From Acidimicrobiia bacterium (GTDB taxonomy: Bacteria; Actinomycetota; Acidimicrobiia; Spongiisociales; ZC4RG35), in assembly GCA_040878345.1 (NCBI GenBank), contig JBBDML010000028.1, positions 914-64,913 of the forward strand: DNA of 64,000 nt, in the 5' to 3' direction. Below, one piece after another: positions 9,033 through 21,136 of the stretch. The position numbers and the translations under genes were made by a program. Within the stretch, counting starts at the first letter, position 1. Each line of letters starts with the position of its first letter. The notes under the pieces were generated by a model. It was not told the DNA's origin. It searched no databases and saw only the letters and a list, made by a program, of their open reading frames with translations.

Positions 9033-10079
9033 ATGAAGGTCGGGATCGTCTGCCCCTATGACCTCTCCGCCCCTGGAGGTGTGCAGCACTTGACTACCGA
9101 GCTCGCCGACCAGCTGCGTCGAGGCGGCGACCAGGTGGTACTGGTAGGGGCGGGGAGAAATGCGCATTTCCGTCCGGAGCGTGATGACATCACAGTGCAA
9201 GCCGGCAGGGCCTTCGCCATCAAGGCCAACGAGTCGATGGTCCCCCTCACACTCAGCCCGATGACGTGGGTCAGAGTAAGGGAGGCCCTTTCCGGTGTCG
9301 ACGTGGTCCATGTCCACGAGCCCTTCGTGCCGTTGGTGGGCTGGGTCGGGCTGAGTGTCGACAAGCCTCTGGTCGCCACCTTCCATGCCGACCCTCCGGA
9401 GTGGGTCAAGCAGGGTTACCGCCGGATGCCGTTGGCGGGCCGTCGACTCCGGCGCAGTGTGCTCACCGCGGTCAGCGACACCGCCGCCGCGGCGATCCCC
9501 TCGGGTTGGGGCCCGGTGGAGATCATCCCCAACGCAATCGACACTGCCGCCTACCACCTACCCGTGGGACGGGTGGAGCGTCGGGTCTGCTTCCTGGGTC
9601 GGGACGAGCCGCGCAAGGGACTCGACGTCCTTTTGGCCGCCTGGCCTCGGATCCGTGAGGCCGTACCCGATGCCGAGTTGAAGGTGATGGGGGCAGATCG
9701 GGGACCGGGACGCTTCGGGGTCGCCTTCATGGGACGGGTCAGCGGCGGGGAGAAGAATCGGGTGCTCGCCTCGAGCCTGGTCTATGTGGCTCCCAACACC
9801 GGGGGAGAGAGTTTTGGGATAGTCCTCGCCGAGGCCATGGCGGCGGGGTGTGCAGTGGTCTGTTCGGATCTCCCTGCATTCGAGGCGGTGATAGGCGATG
9901 ATGGGGTCAGGGTCGGGGTGGGAGACCCGGCCGCCCTTGCCGCTGCAGTCGTCGAGCTCCTCGAGGACCCGGCCGCGGCTCGAGGGTTGGGAGAGCGGGC
10001 GCGACTCGGTGTCAAACGTTTCGACTGGGGTGTGATCGTCGACAGATACCGTGATGCCTACAGGAGGGCAGTCTCTTAG
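9033..10079 (+). CDS. pimA: GT4 glycosyltransferase (phosphatidylinositol mannosyltransferase PimA-like)
   Basis: The N-terminus is [18 protein letters not shown] and [14 protein letters not shown] gives the EX7E motif. It follows pgsA and the acyltransferase as in mycobacteria. ATG 9033 lies 2 nt after the upstream stop. Confidence 0.8.
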   Translation: MKVGIVCPYDLSAPGGVQHLTTELADQLRRGGDQVVLVGAGRNAHFRPERDDITVQAGRAFAIKANESMVPLTLSPMTWVRVREALSGVDVVHVHEPFVPLVGWVGLSVDKPLVATFHADPPEWVKQGYRRMPLAGRRLRRSVLTAVSDTAAAAIPSGWGPVEIIPNAIDTAAYHLPVGRVERRVCFLGRDEPRKGLDVLLAAWPRIREAVPDAELKVMGADRGPGRFGVAFMGRVSGGEKNRVLASSLVYVAPNTGGESFGIVLAEAMAAGCAVVCSDLPAFEAVIGDDGVRVGVGDPAALAAAVVELLEDPAAARGLGERARLGVKRFDWGVIVDRYRDAYRRAVS

Positions 10080-10132
10080 GAGCAGCCCCGGGCCCGCTGT
10101 ACAATCGAGAGTCCGCACAGAAGAAGAGATTC

Positions 10133-11014
10133 GTGGAAACCGGTACCGATCGTGTCAAGCGCGGCCTCGCCGAGATGCTCAAAGGTGGCGTCATCATGGA
10201 CGTGGTCACCGCCGACCAGGCCAGGATCGCCGAAGAGGCAGGAGCGGTCGCGGTCATGGCCCTGGAGAGGGTCCCGGCCGACATTCGCAAGCAGGGGGGA
10301 GTGGCCCGCATGTCGGACCCCTCCAAGATCGAGGAGATCCAGGCCGCGGTGACCATCCCGGTGATGGCCAAGTGCAGGATCGGCCATTTCGCCGAGGCCC
10401 TGGTCCTCCAGTCCCTCGGTGTCGACTACATCGACGAGTCCGAGGTGCTCACCCCCGCCGACGAGGAGCACCATGTCGACAAGTGGGCGTTCACCACGCC
10501 CTTCGTCTGTGGTGCCCGAAACCTGGGCGAGGCGCTGCGCCGGATAGGGGAAGGCGCTGCCATGATTCGGACCAAGGGTGAGGCCGGCACCGGCAACGTG
10601 GTCGAGGCGGTGCGTCACATGAGGACCGTGACCAATCAGCTCCGGGCCCTCACCACCATCGGCGACGAGCAGTTGATGAGTGCGGCCCGCGATCTCGGTG
10701 CCCCCTTCGACCTGGTCAAGGAGGTGGCCGCCACTGGGAAGCTCCCCGTGGTCAACTTCGCCGCGGGCGGCATCGCCACTCCGGCTGACGCGGCCCTGAT
10801 GATGGGTCTCGGCGTTGAAGGCGTCTTCGTTGGCTCGGGGATCTTCAAGAGCTCCGACCCGGCGGGCTATGCCCGGGCGATCGTCGAGGCCACCACCTTC
10901 TGGAATGAGCCCGATGTGGTCGCCAAAGTGTCACGCGGGCTCGGTGAGGCCATGCCCGGTCTCGAGATCGGCTCTCTCGACGAGACGGAGAAGCTGGCCG
11001 GACGAGGCTGGTGA
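10133..11014 (+). CDS. pdxS: pyridoxal 5'-phosphate synthase, lyase subunit
   Basis: 293 aa. The sequence is full-length PdxS-like ([24 protein letters not shown]). Confidence 0.96.
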   Translation: METGTDRVKRGLAEMLKGGVIMDVVTADQARIAEEAGAVAVMALERVPADIRKQGGVARMSDPSKIEEIQAAVTIPVMAKCRIGHFAEALVLQSLGVDYIDESEVLTPADEEHHVDKWAFTTPFVCGARNLGEALRRIGEGAAMIRTKGEAGTGNVVEAVRHMRTVTNQLRALTTIGDEQLMSAARDLGAPFDLVKEVAATGKLPVVNFAAGGIATPADAALMMGLGVEGVFVGSGIFKSSDPAGYARAIVEATTFWNEPDVVAKVSRGLGEAMPGLEIGSLDETEKLAGRGW

Positions 11015-11016
11015 AC

Positions 11017-11580
11017 ATGAGCCGGGTTGGGGTCCTGGGGTTGCAGGGCGACGTCCGGGAGCATCTCCACATCCTCGACACGATGGGGGTGGAGGCGGTC
11101 GAGGTCAAGACCCCTGAACGGCTTGCCACGGTCGACGCCCTGGTGATCCCGGGTGGCGAGTCCACCACCATCGGGAAGATGGCTGTCAGGTTCGAGTTGC
11201 TCGAGCCATTGCGGAGCGCAATCGCCGACGGGCTGGCGGTCTACGGGACCTGCGCCGGGATGATCCTCCTCGCAGGGGCCATCACCGAGGGCGATCAGCC
11301 CCTGATTGGGGCCCTCGACGTGGTGGTGAGGAGGAATGCCTTCGGTCGCCAGAACGACTCGTTCGAGACCGATCTCGAGGTGAAGGGGCTCGAAACGCCA
11401 TTCCATGCTGTGTTCATCCGGGCGCCCTGGATCGAGAAGGTGGGCTCCGAAGTGGAGGTTCTGGCCGCGATCGGCGAACATCCGGTCATGGTCCGCCAGG
11501 GGAAGCTCCTGGCGACCTCGTTCCACCCCGAGCTGACCGGTGACGGGCGGATCCACCAGATGCTTGTCGACATGATCTGA
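11017..11580 (+). CDS. pdxT: pyridoxal 5'-phosphate synthase, glutaminase subunit
   Basis: The N-terminus is MSRVGVLGLQGDV and GTCAGMILL holds the catalytic Cys. The start could also be GTG 11011, which overlaps the pdxS stop. Confidence 0.93.
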   Translation: MSRVGVLGLQGDVREHLHILDTMGVEAVEVKTPERLATVDALVIPGGESTTIGKMAVRFELLEPLRSAIADGLAVYGTCAGMILLAGAITEGDQPLIGALDVVVRRNAFGRQNDSFETDLEVKGLETPFHAVFIRAPWIEKVGSEVEVLAAIGEHPVMVRQGKLLATSFHPELTGDGRIHQMLVDMI

Positions 11581-11587
11581 GGTACGT

Positions 11588-12337
11588 GTGTCCGGCCACT
11601 CCAAATGGGCCAACATCAAGCACCGCAAGGGCCGCCAGGACGCGGCCCGCGGCAAGCTTTTCGGGAAGCTGGCCAAGGCCATCGAGATCGCGGCCCGCGA
11701 GGGCGGCGGCAATCCGGACTTCAACCCGACGCTGGCCACCGCCGTCTTCAAGGCCAAGGCGGCCTCGATGCCGAACGACAACATCGATCGTGCCGTCAAG
11801 AGAGGGACCGGCGAGGTCGAAGGGGCGATTTACGAGGAGATCTGGTACGAGGGCTATGGGCCCGGGGGTGTCGCGCTCTTCGTCCAGGTCCTCACCGACA
11901 ATCGGAATCGCGCCGCCTCCGATGTCCGATCCACCTTCACCCGTCACAACGGAAACTTGGGTGAGCCAGGTTCGGTGGGGTACCTGTTCAGCCAAAAGGG
12001 TCTGATCGTGGCTTCCGGGTCCGAGGACGAGCTGATGCTGATTGCCCTGGATGCCGGCGCCGAGGATATCGAGGACAATGGCGACGGGACCTACGAGGTG
12101 GTGACCGCACCCTCGGACCTGGTGGGGGTGCGTGGTGCCCTCGACGCCGACGGGATCACCATCGAGTCGGCCGACATCACTCAGCGACCGTCGACCTGGG
12201 TCGCGGTGGGGGAGAGCGACGCCCGCAAGCTGCTGCGCCTCATCGACGCCCTCGACGACCTCGACGACGTCCAGGCCGTCTTCTCCAATTACGACATCGA
12301 AGACGATGTCATGGAGAAGGTCCTCGCCGAGGCTTGA
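11588..12337 (+). CDS. yebC: YebC/PmpR-family transcriptional regulator
   Basis: The N-terminus MSGHSKWANIKHRKG is characteristic of the family. 249 aa. Confidence 0.93.
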   Translation: MSGHSKWANIKHRKGRQDAARGKLFGKLAKAIEIAAREGGGNPDFNPTLATAVFKAKAASMPNDNIDRAVKRGTGEVEGAIYEEIWYEGYGPGGVALFVQVLTDNRNRAASDVRSTFTRHNGNLGEPGSVGYLFSQKGLIVASGSEDELMLIALDAGAEDIEDNGDGTYEVVTAPSDLVGVRGALDADGITIESADITQRPSTWVAVGESDARKLLRLIDALDDLDDVQAVFSNYDIEDDVMEKVLAEA

Positions 12338-12412
12338 TGAACCTTTGGGCTGACGGAACCTCAACTCCATCCCGCTTCGTTATTGTTTGACACCACGACC
12401 GAGAGGTCCACG

Positions 12413-12817
12413 ATGCGTCGGATGCTGGTCTGTGTTGTCTTTCTGTCAACGCTGCTGTTCGCCCTCCCTGCCTGGGCAAAGGGATCCGAGTTCTTCAATC
12501 CCGACCAAGCGGTCCTCGAGGGGTCGGGGATAGTTGTTGTCGGGGAGGAGCCGGTGACGGTCCCGGCCGAGGACGCACCCGACCAGACTCAGTCCGCTCC
12601 CGTTGCCCCGCCAGTGCGGGAGGGCCCTTCCGTCGAGCCGGTGGTCGAAGGGGCAGACGTAGACCAGGATGACTCGGGGATGTCATCCTGGTGGTGGCCG
12701 GCCGGGTTGGGTGCATTGGCCTTGATCGGGCTGGTGATGGTCAATCGTCGGAATCGGGACACGGCCACCGAGTCGCCCCAGGATCCGATATTGGTCCGGC
12801 CCGCCAAGTCGCGCTGA
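12413..12817 (+). CDS. hypothetical secreted/membrane-anchored Pro/Val/Glu-rich protein
   Basis: The signal-peptide-like N-terminus is MRRMLVCVVFLSTLLFALPAWA|KG. A low-complexity acidic middle is followed by a C-proximal TM helix WWWPAGLGALALIGLVMV and RRNR. The start could be 12383. Confidence 0.5.
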   Translation: MRRMLVCVVFLSTLLFALPAWAKGSEFFNPDQAVLEGSGIVVVGEEPVTVPAEDAPDQTQSAPVAPPVREGPSVEPVVEGADVDQDDSGMSSWWWPAGLGALALIGLVMVNRRNRDTATESPQDPILVRPAKSR

Positions 12818-12899
12818 ACCAAGTTGGCCTCGACCCCGTAGTGGTTGAATCTACACTGGTCTCGCCGAATTGCTCGGCCCTGAGCGAACCGAGACCCTG

Positions 12900-13175
12900 A
12901 TGAGTGCCATCCCCCTCCACGACCTCGATGAGGTCGCGACTAAGAGCGACATCGCCTCGCTCAAGAGCGACATCGCCCTGCTCGGGGCCGAGCTCAGAGA
13001 AGAGTTCAGATCAGAGCTCAGGGCGGAGGTCGACTCCTTGGGGGCGGAGCTATCCGGGCAGATCGCGGCGCTCGGTGCCTCACTGAACAGCAGGATCGAC
13101 CGGGCGTTCTATGCCAGCATCGCCACCATGCTTGGGGTTCTCGGCGCAATGACCACTCTCATCGTCAAGCTCTAG
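12900..13175 (+). CDS. tail-anchored coiled-coil protein (DUF1640-like)
   Basis: It has heptad-like repeats (ATKSDIASLKSDIALLGAELREEFRSELRAEVDSLGAELSGQIAALGASL) and a C-terminal TM helix (ASIATMLGVLGAMTTLIVKL). The architecture resembles bacterial DUF1640 proteins as I remember them. The start could be TTG 12870. Confidence 0.5.
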   Translation: MSAIPLHDLDEVATKSDIASLKSDIALLGAELREEFRSELRAEVDSLGAELSGQIAALGASLNSRIDRAFYASIATMLGVLGAMTTLIVKL

Positions 13176-13191
13176 TACCGTCGTAGAACAT

Positions 13192-13677
13192 ATGTTCGTG
13201 CTCGGGATCGATCCCGGTCTCTCGGTCACCGGATACGGGTTGGTCGAGGGGACCCACCCGCCCCGCGCCATCCTCGCCGGTGTGGTCCGCACCGACCCCG
13301 AAGTCCCGGTCGCGGCCCGCCTGGCCGTGCTCTACGACGGGCTGGCCCGGGTGATCGCAGATTCCAAGCCGGATGTGGTGGCAGTCGAGATGGTGTTCAC
13401 CAATCGGAACCTTCAGACGGCGATGTCGGTGGGGCGCGCCTCGGGAGTCGCGATGCTCGCCGCAGCTCGAGCCGGTCTTGCCGTCTACGAGTATGTCCCG
13501 ACCGCGGTGAAATCGGCGGTCACAGGTGACGGTTCGGCTAACAAGAAGCAGGTGCAGACCATGGTGGCCCGACTCCTCCATCTCTCCGAGCCCCCCTCGC
13601 CCGTCGACGCCGCCGATGCCCTGGCCATTGCCCTCTGCCATCTGCGGGTGGCCCCTCTGGAAGCGAGCCGCCGGTGA
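13192..13677 (+). CDS. ruvC: crossover junction endodeoxyribonuclease RuvC
   Basis: The motifs MFVLGIDPG, VEMVF and VDAADALAIA match RuvC catalytic acidic residues. The ruvCAB gene order supports the call. Confidence 0.95.
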   Translation: MFVLGIDPGLSVTGYGLVEGTHPPRAILAGVVRTDPEVPVAARLAVLYDGLARVIADSKPDVVAVEMVFTNRNLQTAMSVGRASGVAMLAAARAGLAVYEYVPTAVKSAVTGDGSANKKQVQTMVARLLHLSEPPSPVDAADALAIALCHLRVAPLEASRR

Positions 13678-14240
13678 TCGGGCGACTCCGTGGGGTCCTG
13701 GTCTCGACCCGCGACACGTTGGTCTGTGTCGACGTCGGGGGTGTCGGGTACGAGGTGCAGATGACCCCGCGTGACCTGGCATCCCTCCCCGGACTCGGTG
13801 AGGAGATCGTGGTCCACACCGACACCCATGTCCGGGAGGACGACATCAGCCTCTATGGGTTCGCCACCGAGACAGACCGAGAGATGTTCCGGGTGTTGAT
13901 CACCGCCAGCGGGGTGGGGCCCCGGGTCGCCATGTCCCTCCTCGGCTCGATGACCTCGCCCGAGCTGGCGAGGGCGATCATCACCGAGGACCCCGACTCC
14001 CTCACCGTGGCACCGGGAGTGGGCAAGCGCGGCGCCCAGAAGATCGTCCTCGAGCTCGCCCCGAAGCTCGCCGGCCGTGAGGTCGACATCCGGGGCGGGG
14101 GGGAGCTGGGCTCGGTCCGCCAGGCCCTGGAGGGCCTGGGATACACCACTGTGGAGATCAACGGGGTGATGACCGAGATCGACCCTGACGAGCCATTGGA
14201 AGCTCAGATCAAGTCCGCTCTGCAGAGCCTGGGGAGGTGA
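13674..14240 (+). CDS. ruvA: Holliday junction DNA helicase RuvA
   Basis: The N-terminus is MIGRLRG. HhH motifs are present (LITASGVGPRVAMSLL, LTVAPGVGKRGAQKI). The start overlaps the ruvC stop as GTGA. Confidence 0.95.
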   Translation: MIGRLRGVLVSTRDTLVCVDVGGVGYEVQMTPRDLASLPGLGEEIVVHTDTHVREDDISLYGFATETDREMFRVLITASGVGPRVAMSLLGSMTSPELARAIITEDPDSLTVAPGVGKRGAQKIVLELAPKLAGREVDIRGGGELGSVRQALEGLGYTTVEINGVMTEIDPDEPLEAQIKSALQSLGR

Positions 14241-14246
14241 TGGCAG

Positions 14247-15260
14247 ATGCGTGAGGACAGCCTGCTCAGCCCGACCATCGATGACGAGGTCGAGATCACC
14301 CTCCGTCCCCGGACCCTCGACGAGTTCATCGGTCAGCCCAATGTCAAGAACCGGCTCCGCATCTCGCTGGAGGCCGCGGTCAAGGAGGGTCGGCCCCTCG
14401 ACCATGTCCTCCTCTCCGGGCCCCCGGGTCTGGGCAAGACCACTCTGGCGGCGATCATCGCCGCCGAGAAAGGAGTCTCCTTCCGGGTCACGTCGGGACC
14501 AGCCCTGGAGAGGCCCGGGGATCTCGCCGCCATCCTCTCCAACCTCCAGCCACAGGACGTCTTCTTCATCGATGAGATCCATCGTCTCCCCCGGGCGGTG
14601 GAAGAGGTGCTCTACCCTGCCATGGAGGACTTCCAACTCGATGTGGTGCTGGGCAAGGGGCCCACCGCCCAATCGATACGCATCGACCTGCCCCATTTCA
14701 CCCTGGTGGGTGCCACCACTCGCAAAGGAAAGGTGACCGCACCGCTTCGCGACCGGTTCGGGATCGAGGAGAAGCTCGACTACTACGAGCCTGGGGACCT
14801 GGCTCGCATCATCCACCGATCCGCCGGGATCATCGATGTCCAGATCGTGGAGGAGGCGGCGGACCTGATCTCGATGAGGAGCCGGCAGACCCCGCGCATC
14901 GCCAACCGGCTCCTTGCCCGGGTGAGGGACTATGCGGTGGCACGTGCGTCAGGCGTGATCGACTTCGAGGTGGCGGTCGAGGCCCTGACCGTGTTCGAGG
15001 TCGACGATCTGGGCCTGGACAAGGTGGATCGCGCCATCTTGTCCGCCATTGTCGACCGTTTCGGTGGCGGGCCGGTTGGCTTGTCGACCCTCGCCATCGC
15101 GGTCGGCGAGGAGCCCGAGACCGTCGAGGACGCCTATGAGCCGTTCCTGCTCCAGTCGGGTCTGATCAAGCGAACTCCCAGAGGTCGGGTTGCGACCCAG
15201 GGCGCCTATGACCACCTCGGTGTCGTTCGCCCCGCGGACTCACAGGGCACTCTCCTCTGA
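14247..15260 (+). CDS. ruvB: Holliday junction DNA helicase RuvB
   Basis: [12 protein letters not shown], the Walker A motif GPPGLGKTT and DEIHRL. Confidence 0.97.
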   Translation: MREDSLLSPTIDDEVEITLRPRTLDEFIGQPNVKNRLRISLEAAVKEGRPLDHVLLSGPPGLGKTTLAAIIAAEKGVSFRVTSGPALERPGDLAAILSNLQPQDVFFIDEIHRLPRAVEEVLYPAMEDFQLDVVLGKGPTAQSIRIDLPHFTLVGATTRKGKVTAPLRDRFGIEEKLDYYEPGDLARIIHRSAGIIDVQIVEEAADLISMRSRQTPRIANRLLARVRDYAVARASGVIDFEVAVEALTVFEVDDLGLDKVDRAILSAIVDRFGGGPVGLSTLAIAVGEEPETVEDAYEPFLLQSGLIKRTPRGRVATQGAYDHLGVVRPADSQGTLL

Positions 15261-15263
15261 CAG

Positions 15264-17397
<2,134 letters not shown>

Positions 17398-17444
17398 GTG
17401 ACCCCGGCCGCCTAATCTTCCGCCGTCGCCTATCGGAGTAACCG

Positions 17445-17753
17445 TTGAATTCTCTCGTTCTTGCCCAGGATGCCACCGGCAGTGGGACTTCCTCGCTGAT
17501 CTTCCTCGCCCTGATGATCGGGGTGTTCTACTTCCTCATCATTCGCCCCCAGCGCAGGCGGTCGAAGGCACAGCAGCAGCTGGCGAGCTCGTTGAAGGCG
17601 GGAGATGAGGTCCGCACCATCGGGGGGATCCACGGCACCATCATCTCGTTGGACGAGGAAAGCGTGGTGTTGCGGGTCGAGGAAGGCAAGATCCGGGTTG
17701 CCCGTCGGGCGGTCGGTGGCCGCGTCGACGGCCAGACCGGTGGCCTGGCCTGA
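17445..17753 (+). CDS. yajC: preprotein translocase subunit YajC
   Basis: A single TM helix followed by IIRPQRRR and the YajC-like GDEVRTIGGIHGTI. TTG start with GGAG upstream. Confidence 0.88.
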   Translation: MNSLVLAQDATGSGTSSLIFLALMIGVFYFLIIRPQRRRSKAQQQLASSLKAGDEVRTIGGIHGTIISLDEESVVLRVEEGKIRVARRAVGGRVDGQTGGLA

Positions 17754-17778
17754 CATCGGCCGGACTTAGACTTCCTGG

Positions 17779-18297
17779 GTGCAGAATCTCGCCGCCCTGA
17801 TCAGGGACATCCCCGATTTCCCCGAGCCAGGGGTCATCTTCAAGGACATCACGCCTGTGCTCGCCGACGCCGAGGCGTTCGCCGAGCTGATCGAGGCGCT
17901 GGCCGCCCCTTATCACGACGTCGAGGTGAGCAAGGTCGCCGGTATAGAGGCCCGCGGCTTCACCCTTGCCACCCCGGTAGCCCGTTTGCTGAGTGCCGGT
18001 TTCATCCCCATCCGGAAGCCCGGAAAGCTGCCATTCGAGACAGTCAGAGAGTCCTACTCGCTCGAATACGGCACCGACGCACTGGAGATCCACACCGATT
18101 CGGTCAACCCAGGTGAGAGGGTCCTGGTGGTGGACGACGTCATCGCCACCGGCGGGACCGCGGCGGCGGCCATCCGGCTGCTCAAGGGAATCGGCGCCGA
18201 GGTAGTCGGGTTCTCGGTATTCATCGAGCTGGTCTTCCTCGGTGGGAGTCGGATGCTCGACGGAGTGCCAATCCATGCCCTTGTCCGATACGACTGA
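17779..18297 (+). CDS. apt: adenine phosphoribosyltransferase
   Basis: IRDIPDFPEPGVIFKDITP and the PRPP motif VLVVDDVIATGGTA. Confidence 0.95.
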   Translation: MQNLAALIRDIPDFPEPGVIFKDITPVLADAEAFAELIEALAAPYHDVEVSKVAGIEARGFTLATPVARLLSAGFIPIRKPGKLPFETVRESYSLEYGTDALEIHTDSVNPGERVLVVDDVIATGGTAAAAIRLLKGIGAEVVGFSVFIELVFLGGSRMLDGVPIHALVRYD

Positions 18298-20443
18298 GAC
18301 GAACTCGCCGGTCGAGCTGACCGACGTCCTACGAGCCTTTCGGGCCCATCACCCCGAAGGTGACGGCGACCTGCTGGAACGCGCCTACCAAACGGCGGAG
18401 CAGGCACACCGCGGCCAATTCAGGAAGACCGGGCACCCCTACATAACCCACCCCCTGGCGGTGGCTTACATGCTGGCCGGGTACGGGCTCGACGGGACCA
18501 CCATCGCCGCCGCCCTGCTCCACGACACCGTCGAGGACACCGAAGTCACGATGGACCAGATCCGGGACGACTTCGGCGAGGACGTGGCACGGCTCATAGA
18601 CGGTGTCACCAAGCTCGATCGTGTCCGGTTCTCCAATCGGGAACAGGCCCAAGCGGCCACTATCCGCAAGATGGTGGTGGCGATGGCCCAGGACGTTCGG
18701 GTCCTCATCATCAAGCTGTTCGATCGGCTCCACAACTTGAGGACCGTCCATGCCCTGCGGGACGAGAAGCAGGCTCGTGTCGCCCGGGAAACCCTCGACG
18801 TCTATGCCCCATTGGCGCATCGGCTCGGGGTCCAGCAGATCAAGCACGAGTTCGAGGACCGGTGTTTCGCCATTCTCTATCCAGGCCCCAACGCGGAGAT
18901 CCAGGCCCGACTCGCCGAGGCGGCCCCGGAACGTGAAGCCTTCATAGAGAAGATGATCACGGAGATCTCCGGGATGCTGATCGATGCGGGGATCGAGGCC
19001 GAGGTCACCGGTCGGCCCAAGCACCAGTATTCCATCTACCGCAAGATGATGGAACAGAACCGCCCCTTCGAGGACATCCACGACCTGATCGGGATTCGGG
19101 TCGTCACCACCAGCACTCGCGACTGTTATGCGGCCCTGGGCCTGGTCCATAGCCACTGGGTGCCCGTCACCGGGCGGTTCAAGGACTTCATCGCAATGCC
19201 CAAGATCAACCTCTACCAGTCGTTGCACACCACCGTGATCGGGCCGGACGGCAAGCCGATCGAGGTCCAGATACGAACCCAGGAGATGCACAACCGGGCC
19301 GAGGCCGGCATCGCCGCCCACTGGCGTTACAAGGAGGGAGATGTCAGCAGCCACATCGCCAGCATGGAGGTCGACTCCCTCGATGAGGACCCGGAGGAAT
19401 TCCTGGCCAACCTCAAACTCGATCTCTACCGCGACGAGGTCTTCATCCTGACCCCGGGGGGCGATGTCAAGGAGCTGCCACGGGGGTCGACCCCGGTCGA
19501 TTTCGCCTACACGGTCCACACCGAGGTCGGCCATCGTTGTGTCGGGGCCCGAGTCAATGGGAGGTTGGTACCACTCTCCACCAGGCTGGAATCGGGGGAC
19601 ATCGTCGAAGTCCTGACCTCCAAGTCACCCGACGCCGGTCCCAGCCGCGACTGGCTCACCTTCGTCCGAACCGGAAGGGCCAAGTCCAAGATCCGGCAGT
19701 GGTTCCAGAAGGAGCGCCGCGACCAAGCGGTGTCCGAGGGCAAGGAGATGGTCCAGAGCCTGTTCAAGAGGGAGGCGCCGGACCTATCGGCGACGGAGCG
19801 GGAAGCCCATCTCGATGCGATTGCCATCGAGCTCGGGCTCAACGACGCCGAGACCCTGGTGGCCGCCCTAGGCGATGGGAACGTGTCCCTCGACAGCCTC
19901 CATGTCCGGCTTCAGCGCCGACTCAGCCCCGACACCGGCGACATCCTGTTCCGGCCTCCCCGTCGACGGCGCCCCTCCGAGGCGGCTCAGGTGGTCGTGG
20001 AGGGCCAGGACGACATGCTGGTGCAGATGGCTCGATGCTGTTCACCGGTCCCCGGTGACCCGATCGTCGGCTATGTCACCGTTGGTCGCGGGGTCTCGGT
20101 CCATCGGGCTGACTGCACCAATGTCTCATCCCTCTCGGGGCGGCGCGAACGGTCGGTCGAGGTGAGCTGGCCCGGGGGCGGTGCCGGGGCGTTCGTGGTG
20201 TGGATCCAGGTCGAGGCTCTCGACCGGACCCGGCTGCTCCGCGACGTCACCCAAGTGGTCTCGGACACGGGTGCCAACATCACCGCCTCCTCGACTACGG
20301 TGGGCGAGGGTCGGGTGGCGGTCCTCAAGTATGAGGTGGAGCTCTCCGACCCCGGACAGCTGGCCCGACTTCTCGCCGACATTCGTGGTGTCGACGGGGT
20401 GTTCGCCGCCTTCCGGCTCGCCAACGACCCGTCGGCGACGTGA
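18275..20443 (+). CDS. relA: bifunctional (p)ppGpp synthetase/hydrolase
   Basis: The HD domain (HPLAVA..LLHDTVEDT), the synthetase domain (GRPKHQYSIYRKM, EVQIRT) and TGS and ACT regions are present. The start is uncertain (ATG 18275 or GTG 18242). Confidence 0.95.
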   Translation: MPLSDTTETNSPVELTDVLRAFRAHHPEGDGDLLERAYQTAEQAHRGQFRKTGHPYITHPLAVAYMLAGYGLDGTTIAAALLHDTVEDTEVTMDQIRDDFGEDVARLIDGVTKLDRVRFSNREQAQAATIRKMVVAMAQDVRVLIIKLFDRLHNLRTVHALRDEKQARVARETLDVYAPLAHRLGVQQIKHEFEDRCFAILYPGPNAEIQARLAEAAPEREAFIEKMITEISGMLIDAGIEAEVTGRPKHQYSIYRKMMEQNRPFEDIHDLIGIRVVTTSTRDCYAALGLVHSHWVPVTGRFKDFIAMPKINLYQSLHTTVIGPDGKPIEVQIRTQEMHNRAEAGIAAHWRYKEGDVSSHIASMEVDSLDEDPEEFLANLKLDLYRDEVFILTPGGDVKELPRGSTPVDFAYTVHTEVGHRCVGARVNGRLVPLSTRLESGDIVEVLTSKSPDAGPSRDWLTFVRTGRAKSKIRQWFQKERRDQAVSEGKEMVQSLFKREAPDLSATEREAHLDAIAIELGLNDAETLVAALGDGNVSLDSLHVRLQRRLSPDTGDILFRPPRRRRPSEAAQVVVEGQDDMLVQMARCCSPVPGDPIVGYVTVGRGVSVHRADCTNVSSLSGRRERSVEVSWPGGGAGAFVVWIQVEALDRTRLLRDVTQVVSDTGANITASSTTVGEGRVAVLKYEVELSDPGQLARLLADIRGVDGVFAAFRLANDPSAT

Positions 20444-21084
20444 TCATCCACCCCATACCTGCCTGGGTCGCCGCCACCAACGCCTGGGTGGTCGCCGACG
20501 AGCCTGGCGGACGGGCAGTCATCATCGACGTGCCCCCCGAGCCGGAGCCGATCGGGGCGTTCCTGGCGAAAGAGGGACTGGCAGTGGTGGGTTTGCTGCT
20601 CACCCATGGCCACATCGACCACACCGGCGGCGCCGGCGCCATGGCTCGAATCACCGGTGCGATGACCTATGTCCATCCCGACGATGACTTTCTCACACTC
20701 CATCCCGCCGAGCAGCTTCGCGGCCTCTTCGGGATGGTCCCGCCAGGGGACTTCGACCCTCCCGAGGCCATCGAGGCTCTCCGTCATGGCGACAAGCTCG
20801 ATCTGGCCGGCGTGACTCTCGAAGTGAGACACACCCCGGGACACACCCCGGGGCACTGCTGCTTCTTGGCGAGTGATGAGGGCGTCCTCTTCTCGGGCGA
20901 TCAGCTCTTCGCCGGTAGCGTCGGCCGCACCGACCTCCCCGGGGGGTCCTACCAGTCTCTGATGTCCTCGATGCGGGCTCAGGTGATGACCCTCGACGAC
21001 GGGGTGAGGGTCTTGCCCGGCCATGGGCCCGAGACCACCATCGGCCGGGAGAGACGCCACAACCCTTTCCTCACCGGTTTGTGA
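20440..21084 (+). CDS. MBL-fold metallo-hydrolase (glyoxalase II-like)
   Basis: The THGHIDHTGG (HxHxDH) motif and TPGHTPGH. The start overlaps the relA stop as GTGA. Mycobacterial synteny has a glyoxalase II-like gene in the same position. Confidence 0.85.
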   Translation: MIIHPIPAWVAATNAWVVADEPGGRAVIIDVPPEPEPIGAFLAKEGLAVVGLLLTHGHIDHTGGAGAMARITGAMTYVHPDDDFLTLHPAEQLRGLFGMVPPGDFDPPEAIEALRHGDKLDLAGVTLEVRHTPGHTPGHCCFLASDEGVLFSGDQLFAGSVGRTDLPGGSYQSLMSSMRAQVMTLDDGVRVLPGHGPETTIGRERRHNPFLTGL

Positions 21085-21107
21085 TGGAACCGGGTGATCG
21101 GGCAGTG

Positions 21108-21122
21108 ACCGGTGTCACCGGT
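21108..21122. promoter_or_regulatory. perfect 15-nt palindrome ACCGGTGTCACCGGT upstream of hisS (candidate operator or RNA hairpin)
   Basis: Read directly from the sequence, 15 nt before the hisS ATG, in a 52-nt gap that lacks an obvious Shine-Dalgarno box. A third CACCGGT copy lies at 21072-21078. Confidence 0.35.
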
Positions 21123-21136
21123 AACCTCCGGCATCG

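Noticed and set aside
10100-10105. TACAAT hexamer 28 nt upstream of the pdxS GTG, a possible -10 promoter box after a weak CAGC...GCTG hairpin following pimA.
   Set aside because: It is plausible but rests on a single hexamer with no recognisable -35 element. I cannot distinguish it from chance without TSS data, so it is not listed as a feature.
12386-12391. TTGACA hexamer upstream of the secreted-protein gene, a possible -35 box.
   Set aside because: No acceptable -10 lies at the right spacing before the ATG at 12413, and it would sit inside the alternative longer ORF.
13485-14816. Long antisense or alternative-frame ORFs, for example 13485..14816(-), 3428..4717(+), 2599..3531(-), 18329..19534(-), 55663..56829(-), 31837..32433(+) and 48357..48614(+).
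   Set aside because: All overlap strongly recognisable conserved genes in another frame or strand. Their Arg/Pro/Gly/Asp-rich compositions are typical of stop-poor off-frames in high-GC DNA. None shows a family motif.
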